DNA of 58,831 bases from a bacterium (GTDB taxonomy: Bacteria; Patescibacteriota; Minisyncoccia; Phycocordibacterales; CAIZLB01): NCBI GenBank assembly GCA_027490575.1, contig JAIXXV010000031.1:1-58831 (forward strand), read 5' to 3'. The notes under the pieces are model-generated. The model was given only the letters and a program-made list of their open reading frames with translations. It was not told the DNA's origin and did not search any database. The position numbers were made by a program, and so were the translations under genes. The first letter of the stretch is position 1, and every line of letters starts with the position of its first letter. Shown here one piece after another: positions 26,713 to 33,900 of the stretch.

Positions 26713-26802
26713 TCAGTCTCCGCTCCATGGATAATACTGCAGATTTGTACCACTATCAATGACCGGGTTCTTGTTGCTAGATTCAAGTATGTTCTTAATC
26801 AT
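26713..26802 (-). CDS. Candidate 29-aa peptide MIKNILESSNKNPVIDSGTNLQYYPWSGD
   Basis: Small ORF 79 nt upstream of the kinase on the same strand. Ends TGA TGA. TATAAA box 16 nt upstream, no clear SD. This could be a chance ORF. Confidence 0.2.
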   Translation of the reverse strand: MIKNILESSNKNPVIDSGTNLQYYPWSGD

Positions 26803-27097
26803 GGTGATTGGTTTTAGGTTTATAAATAAAAGCTTATCTGAAAATGCTAAAGGTTAATTTATAAAGCTTGATCTGTCTGTGTTTGAATTCGGTCCATATC
26901 TCCAAGGTATAAAATCGTAAGTCAGCAAGAGTTACGATTTTAGCCCTCAGAGTATGAACCAAAGACTACTGACAAACACAAGGGGAACGTTCGACTTTGT
27001 TCCCATTGATAATCATACTGATTACACATTAAGAAAAGTTAAAATATAAATAAATTTGTGATAATGTTAACTCATTAACAATAGTATATATAAATAT

Positions 27098-27160
27098 ATG
27101 CCAAAAGGAGTACAAAAAGGAAAAGAAAAGAAAAAACCAAAAAAGAACGCAAAGAAGTAA
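27098..27160 (+). CDS. Candidate 20-aa Lys-rich peptide MPKGVQKGKEKKKPKKNAKK
   Basis: The ATG lies 7 nt after a TATATA box, the same geometry as native leaderless genes. A hairpin (ctgcat..atgcag) follows about 50 nt downstream. Confidence 0.3.
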   Translation: MPKGVQKGKEKKKPKKNAKK

Positions 27161-27253
27161 TCTCACAGAGAAGTAAACCCCAACAAGATTTTAATACAAA
27201 ACTAAACTGCATGCACAAAACATGTGGTTTTGTTTTGATGCAGTGTATTTGTT

Positions 27254-27262
27254 TGATATAAT
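27254..27262 (+). promoter_or_regulatory. Extended -10 box TGATATAAT, 8 nt upstream of the transketolase-N ATG
   Basis: Read directly. The same box and spacing recur at many native genes; see the findings. Confidence 0.6.
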
Positions 27263-27270
27263 ACGTATAT

Positions 27271-28137
27271 ATGTTGCTTACAGATCAAGAAGTAAAAACA
27301 CTAGAGAAAAAGGCCAATGATATTCGTATCAGTATCATCGAAATGCTTGCTGAAGCGAAGTCCGGTCACTCTGGAGGACCACTCGGTATGGCTGATGTCT
27401 TTACAGCTCTTTACTTCAACCTCCTAAAGCACGATCCTAAAAACCCTCAGATGCCAGAGAGAGATAGACTAGTGCTCTCAAACGGCCACATCTGTCCAGT
27501 GCTCTATGCGACTATGGCACATGCTGGGTATTTTCCAGTCAGTGAGCTTCTGACACTACGTAAGTTCGGCTCAAAGCTCCAAGGTCACCCTCATAGAGAG
27601 TTTTTACCATCACTTGAAAACAGTTCAGGTCCACTCGGCTCAGGACTTTCACAAGCTGTAGGTATGGCGCTAGCTGACAAGATAGACTTCGACAAGCTAT
27701 CACCACGATATGTTTATTGTATGCTCGGAGACGGAGAACTCAACGAAGGTCAAAACTGGGAAGCACTGATGCTAGGTGCCAAAGAAAAGCTCGGTAACCT
27801 CATTGCTATAGTCGACCGAAACAATATACAGATAGATGGATACACAGAGGACATCATGCCTTTGCTTCCACTTTATGAAAAGTTCAAAGCATTTAACTGG
27901 CATGTACAAGAAGTAGACGGTCACGACATGGACTCTATAGTCACAGCAGTCAACAAAGCCAAGTCTGTTTTTGAAAAGCCATCAGTCATCATCGCTCATA
28001 CTATACCCGGTAGAGGTGTATCATATATGGAGAAGCGCTATGAGTGGCACGGAGTTCCACCTGGCATATCAGATATTTCAGGCGCACCAGAAAAAGCACA
28101 GCAGGTTAAGGTGGCACTAGATGATTTGAAGGATTAA
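27271..28137 (+). CDS. Transketolase, N-terminal (TPP-binding) subunit
   Basis: GHSGGPLGMAD, GDGELNEGQNWEA and DRNNIQIDG. Confidence 0.92.
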   Translation: MLLTDQEVKTLEKKANDIRISIIEMLAEAKSGHSGGPLGMADVFTALYFNLLKHDPKNPQMPERDRLVLSNGHICPVLYATMAHAGYFPVSELLTLRKFGSKLQGHPHREFLPSLENSSGPLGSGLSQAVGMALADKIDFDKLSPRYVYCMLGDGELNEGQNWEALMLGAKEKLGNLIAIVDRNNIQIDGYTEDIMPLLPLYEKFKAFNWHVQEVDGHDMDSIVTAVNKAKSVFEKPSVIIAHTIPGRGVSYMEKRYEWHGVPPGISDISGAPEKAQQVKVALDDLKD

Positions 28138-28251
28138 AAGATTTGATTGATTAGTTAAATGATTGAGTGTTATCTTATCCTGATAAGTCTCTACTTCAGG
28201 TATTCAAAAAGTGATACAATATAAAGCATATAAACAAATCATTAACATAAC

Positions 28252-29715
28252 ATGAACAAAAGCAAAATATTCTTGGCGGGTGTAGTTGTCATATTATTAG
28301 CAGGAGTGGTTTCATTTCTATCATTTGACTACCTAAGGGTGCCGGCAGAGTCAAACTTCGCTTTTGCAAGTCAGTTTAAAACTAAGCCTTGCTACATGTA
28401 TAGTGACTTGGAACTTCTAGAAGTAGAAAAAGCGCAGATCACTGAGGACACTACAAAATACAGCGCAGATTTAAATACTTTGCTAACTAGAGACAAAAAA
28501 GTGGTAGCTGAGCAACTTGCTTCTAAAAGAGCAGAGTTGAAAACCCTTGAGTCCCAACTACAACCATCATCATTAAACTCTAAGCCAAGTTCGGGATTGT
28601 TAAAACAACCGGTAGGTCAAAATATCAGAACTACTATTGGTTCAAACACCAATCAAAATCCTGTGCTTACCTCTGGTAATAGTGTAGATCTGTATGCACA
28701 GCAACAAGAATCATTAAAACTGCAGATATCAAGGTTAAATTTTGAAATCAATCTGCTTACTCCGACAGGTATAGCTGCACAGACCGGTGCTCTAAAAGAT
28801 GAGTTAGGCAGTCTCAAAAAGGCAAGTACAAAAAATGCTAGAGATACTAAAACAGCAAGCTCAAAACTTTGTCCAGTACAAGACATAGAAACGATGACAC
28901 TTAACCAAGCGGATTTTGTTTTACCAAATCAATCATGCTACACAAATGCAAATATTGACCTGTACACTAATAGACTAGCTACTCTAAAATCTGTCATAAA
29001 GTATGCGCCTAAAATCATTCAATCGAAAAATGATGAGCTAGCAAAGACTAATGCTACTATCGCGACTCAACAAAAAGCATTGGACACCCTGATTGCTAAG
29101 CCTAAAAAAACATCTGCAGACAATAAAAAAATAGCTACTTTGACAACGCAGATAGCTGGCCTAAACGAAACTGTTTCTAAAATTAACCTGTCACTAGGAA
29201 GACTCAATCAAAATTTGAGTGTGGCAAATCAAAACAATATGCTACTTACTTACTCTTTGGGTGTTGCCAGAGCTTCGATATGTGCTGATGGTGTTAATCC
29301 AACTAGCAGTGGATCGGGTGTTATAAATCCACCAGTAAATCCTCCTACAATACCTGAATGTGGATTAGATGGTGCGGGTCAGACTATAGAGCCTTATCAA
29401 TGTGATAGCGGTGAATATGTATGTGGTGGCTCTTGGGAATGTAATACAGATTCTGGAGGTGGTTCAGATCAATGTGAGGTAGCGGGGTGGAGATTTGAAA
29501 TAGGTGGTTTTAAAATAGCTGGAAATCAATCTGAAGCTCAAGCAGCATGCGATCTAGACTCAGATAGTTGTAGAGGTGGATATACTTATGTTGACATTAG
29601 AGATACCAGAACAGCTTATGAAAGATCTCAAGATCCAGGACCTACTTATGCTTGTAGAGCTATACTTCCACCAGAACAAAGTCATTGTCAACCAAAAGAA
29701 ATTCGTTGTAGATAG
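28252..29715 (+). CDS. Secreted or anchored coiled-coil protein with a Cys-rich C-terminal domain
   Basis: N-terminal TM (IFLAGVVVILLAGVVSFLSF), about 300 aa of heptad-like Q/K/L/T-rich sequence, then a terminal region of about 125 aa with about 11 Cys. Confidence 0.6.
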   Translation: MNKSKIFLAGVVVILLAGVVSFLSFDYLRVPAESNFAFASQFKTKPCYMYSDLELLEVEKAQITEDTTKYSADLNTLLTRDKKVVAEQLASKRAELKTLESQLQPSSLNSKPSSGLLKQPVGQNIRTTIGSNTNQNPVLTSGNSVDLYAQQQESLKLQISRLNFEINLLTPTGIAAQTGALKDELGSLKKASTKNARDTKTASSKLCPVQDIETMTLNQADFVLPNQSCYTNANIDLYTNRLATLKSVIKYAPKIIQSKNDELAKTNATIATQQKALDTLIAKPKKTSADNKKIATLTTQIAGLNETVSKINLSLGRLNQNLSVANQNNMLLTYSLGVARASICADGVNPTSSGSGVINPPVNPPTIPECGLDGAGQTIEPYQCDSGEYVCGGSWECNTDSGGGSDQCEVAGWRFEIGGFKIAGNQSEAQAACDLDSDSCRGGYTYVDIRDTRTAYERSQDPGPTYACRAILPPEQSHCQPKEIRCR

Positions 29716-29768
29716 ATTTGGCTTTTAAGCAATTTAAAAGAGCGACGCAATAAAAATTTAACAAAATA

Positions 29769-29815
29769 AAACTGTATTGATTGTGACTCTATGTTATAAT
29801 CAATACAGTTTTTGT
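29769..29815 (+). terminator. Intrinsic terminator after the 487-aa gene. Its 3' arm overlaps a TATAAT box for the next gene.
   Basis: 14-bp stem aaactgtattgatt/aatcaatacagttt followed by TTTTGTATT. Confidence 0.75.
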
Positions 29816-29824
29816 ATTAAACAA

Positions 29825-30919
29825 ATGAGTATAAACAAACATTACATCAATCAACATGTACTAGGTGATATCAAGAGCCTTGAGCAAGTACCGATACGAA
29901 AAGGTTTCGGTGAAGGTCTTGTTGAAGCAGGGGATCTTAATCCAAATATAGTAGGTCTTTGTGCTGATCTTACAGAGTCTACGCAGATGCACTCATTTAG
30001 AAACAAGTATCCTAAGCGTTTCGTGGAGATAGGTATAGCTGAACAAAATATGGCATCAGTTGCATCTGGCATGGCATCTATGGGTAAGATTCCTTTTATC
30101 ACTTCATATGCAATGTTTAGTCCTGGTAGAAACTGGGAGCAGATCCGCACTACTATCTGCTATAACGATCAAAAAGTTATCATCGCAGGTTCGCATGCTG
30201 GTGTTTCAGTGGGACCAGATGGAGGTACTCATCAAGCTATTGAGGATATCGCTATTACTCGTGTCATACCAAACATTACAGTTATCGTGCCATGTGATGC
30301 TGTTGAAGCTAAAAAAGCTACACTCGCTATTGCGAAGAGTTCAAAAGACGGAGGAACTGACACTCCTGTATATATCAGGCTGGGCAGAGAAAAAAGCCCT
30401 GTCGTCACTACTGAGGATGCTCCTTTTGAGATAGGTAAAGCACAAGTGGTGTATGAGCTAGATGAAAATGAGTTCCTAGAACTAATGTCTGCACAAGGAG
30501 GGGAGTCATCAATGACATTCAAGTTAAATCGTGACAACAACATCAAACACGATGTTGGTATAGTGGCATGTGGAGTCTTGTTATACAAAGCTATAAAAGT
30601 TGCAGAAGCTTTGAAGCTTGAAGGTGTTTCTGTAAAAGTTCTCAACCTTGCAACTATAAAACCCATAGACGAAGAATCACTGATAGCCCTTGCAAAAGAG
30701 ACGGGTGCAATCGTCACGGTAGAAGAACATCAAGTGGCAGGTGGCATGGGAAGTGCTGTTGCTGAAGTCTTGGCTAGGCATGCACCAGTACCTATGGAGT
30801 TTGTCGGTGTACACGATAGGTTTGGTCAATCAGGCACTCCTGATGAGCTGATGGAGGAGTATGGTATGGGTGAGAAGGATATAAAGAAGGCGGTGGTCAA
30901 AGTTTTGAGTAGGAAGTAA
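29825..30919 (+). CDS. Transketolase, C-terminal (pyrimidine-binding plus C-terminal domain) subunit
   Basis: FVEIGIAEQNM and EEHQVAGGMGSAV. The start is moved to the internal Met (MSINKHY) because the upstream ORF extension covers the terminator hairpin. Confidence 0.92.
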   Translation: MSINKHYINQHVLGDIKSLEQVPIRKGFGEGLVEAGDLNPNIVGLCADLTESTQMHSFRNKYPKRFVEIGIAEQNMASVASGMASMGKIPFITSYAMFSPGRNWEQIRTTICYNDQKVIIAGSHAGVSVGPDGGTHQAIEDIAITRVIPNITVIVPCDAVEAKKATLAIAKSSKDGGTDTPVYIRLGREKSPVVTTEDAPFEIGKAQVVYELDENEFLELMSAQGGESSMTFKLNRDNNIKHDVGIVACGVLLYKAIKVAEALKLEGVSVKVLNLATIKPIDEESLIALAKETGAIVTVEEHQVAGGMGSAVAEVLARHAPVPMEFVGVHDRFGQSGTPDELMEEYGMGEKDIKKAVVKVLSRK

Positions 30920-30993
30920 AATTATCCACATTTAACGCCGTATTTTCTCTTATAATTCTATGTAAACGATTCATTCATGATATAATTTATCAA

Positions 30994-33900
30994 ATGAGTG
31001 AGGGTTTATTTAACAATAGAAAATGCTTTTTAAACTTGATTAAAAAATCATTTTTAATACTTTTAATTGCTTTTACTTTTCTACCTCAAAATCCAGTAGG
31101 TGCACAAGAAGAATTCACAACTGGATACGAAAATGAAGTAGGATATTTTTCTAATATCGACAACACTTTATCTACTATTAAAAACATTTACTTAGATGCT
31201 TACGGTCAACTGTTAAGCGCTCTACTTAATGCAACAAATAGTGTTTTTAGTTTGGTAACTAATGCTCTGGGCGTAGAGGGTCTAAACTCAGTAGATTCAT
31301 CTAATGTGGCTTCAGTAAACAGTTTAGTAGCACAAGCAAATGTCATAAGAGTGCCAAGTCAGGCGAATACAAATACTGGTACAAGTACTGGTGCAAGATC
31401 GGGGCAGGGCACTGCAAGCACAAATACTGGTGCACCAACTACAAGAGTTCTAAGAAATACAGGCATAAGAAACAGTTCAAATAACAATGTAACTCAAGAA
31501 TATATTGAAAGTAGATTCCTCGATATTATAGGTATGATACCAAGTATAGTTAGAGGCTACTCATCATCTGTATCTAGTCAGGGATCTACAAATCAAAACT
31601 TTTTACCACCCACAGGGATATTTTATCCTCAGTTTGCTTCATACGGGTATACAAACCCATCTAGAGACAGTGCTTCTATCTCTAGTGTAAATACTATTGT
31701 AAGTGAGAGGGTGTCTAATGATATCTCAGCTTTAAATAACAGTCTGTTACCTAGAATAGAAGAGCTTGAGAACTCATCAAGTACTGGTGGTTCGTCGCAG
31801 TGGGATGATATAGATGGGGTCGGTATATCTTATATGGATGGGAATGTGGGGATTGGTACAACGACACCAGATGCAACATTGGTTATTTCTGATACAAACA
31901 CAGCCAGACCTTTAAAACTTTTGGGTATATATGGTACAAATGTAGAGTTTGTTGTATCAGATGAACCACCAAGTGTTTACGCGAATGTTGACGCGGGTGT
32001 AGGGTCACTAGGGTTTTTAAACTCAGATTCTTATCTTGGAGGTCTATATACAAAATATTCAAGTGTTGGTCGTTGGGGAAAGGTGTTACACAGAAGGGAT
32101 GATGATTCAATCCTATTTAATTTTGATAATTCAGATGGGAAGCAAATGCTGTTTGATCAAATCGGACTTAGAATGCGAAAAAATGTTTACGGTATAGACG
32201 GTATTGACTTAAACGTTTCCGATGAGGGTGATGGAAATCTCAATCTCTCAAGCACAGAGGATGGGCTGTCTACATTTACAATGTCTGATGACTTGTACGA
32301 TGAAAATGTCAATATTTCAGGTGATGGATCAGCTTATTTTGCAGGCAACGTTGGGATCGGGACGACGGATCCTCAAGCAAATATCGAAATTAAGAATGAA
32401 TTAAATGCTTCATTATGGCTATCTTATGGTACAGATAGATCAGGAAGAATTAGTTTCTATAACGGTGATGGAGATGAAAACGCTTACTTCTTATCTGATG
32501 ATGATCTTAATAATTTTCAAATAAACACGGATGGAAGACCTCTATTGCTTCAGCCTACAGGAGGCAACGTCGGTATCGGCACCAACAACCCAAACCACGC
32601 ACTTTCTTTCAGTACTGCAGGAGCAACTATTGGTATTGCAGATCAGTTAGCTTATGACGCACCAGGAGGAGCATTGACTATCACAGGGGGTGTTGGTACA
32701 GCCGGAGGTAATGCAGGAGGAGATTTGATATTGAAAGGAGGTAATTCATTTACAGGAGAGAGTCATGCAGCAGGAGATGTAAAGATTTATGGTGGAGTTA
32801 ACAACTTTGACTCTCCATTGTATGGTGGTGCTATACGTATGTATACAGCCGGTGCAGAGAGGTTTACTGTGTTAAATGATGGGAATGTGGGTATTGGCAC
32901 AAACAACCCCCTTGCAAAACTTGATATAGCCGGAATAAATGAGTATAACTACGTTCGTTTGCTTACACCATATGGTGACTTTACGAATGGGCTGTCTATT
33001 GCATTGAATGACAATGGAGAAGGTGATGGTTTCGGTTTAATAGATATGAATATGAATCCGGAAGAAGGGTTTAATATTACTAAAAATAATGGTCAGGGGG
33101 AATTTTCTCAGTTTGGCCTGGGATCAGAAATTAGTTTCACTACTCAAGATTCAAACACCGGACTTTCGGCATCTGCATATTTGTCCACAGGCGGATTTTC
33201 TGTTACAGGAACAACAAGTGTTACAACATTAAACATAACAAGTGGTATCACCTATGTAGGCTCAGATAAGTATATGACTATGCAAGGTGGTACAGTGTCT
33301 GATGCTGACAACCTAATAGGTAACAATTTCTTCGTGGGTATAGGTGCCGGCGAAGGTGTTATACCTTTCGATGATTCTATACTTTGCCTTGATCTGTGTG
33401 ATTTTGGTGGTACTGAAAATGTTATGATTGGTAAAAATGCTGGGAGTGGTGCTACAAATGTAATCAGATCAAACTTTTTCGGTACGGGTGCTGGACAAGG
33501 TGCAATCAGCGCGGGTAATTCAAACTTCTTTGGTAACAATGCTGGAGCGATTGCAACTAATGCAAGTTACTCAAACTTCTTTGGTAGTGGTGCTGGACAA
33601 AACGCAACCAATGCCGGCAGCTCAAACTTCTTTGGTGTTAGCGCGGGATCAGGGGCAACCAATGCCGGCAACTCAAACTTCTTTGGTGGTAGTGCTGGGC
33701 AAAACGCAACTAACGCAATCAGCTCCAACTTCTTCGGTCAGAATGCAGGACTTAGTGCAAGTGGTGCAAACAACTCAAACTTCTTAGGTGCAAGTGCGGG
33801 AAACAGTGCAACCAATGCCAGCAACTCAAACTTCTTTGGTGTTAGTGCGGGATCAGGGGCAACCAATGCCAATAGCTCAACTTTCTTCGGTCTGAATGCA

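Noticed and set aside
26984-27003. A T-arm-like hairpin (ggaacg-ttcgact(t)-tgttcc) suggested a tRNA or tmRNA in the gene-poor region.
   Set aside because: No acceptor stem, D-arm or anticodon arm can be folded upstream. No CCA end or G-U identity pair is present. No tag-peptide reading frame is present. The loop is 8 nt if all bases are counted.
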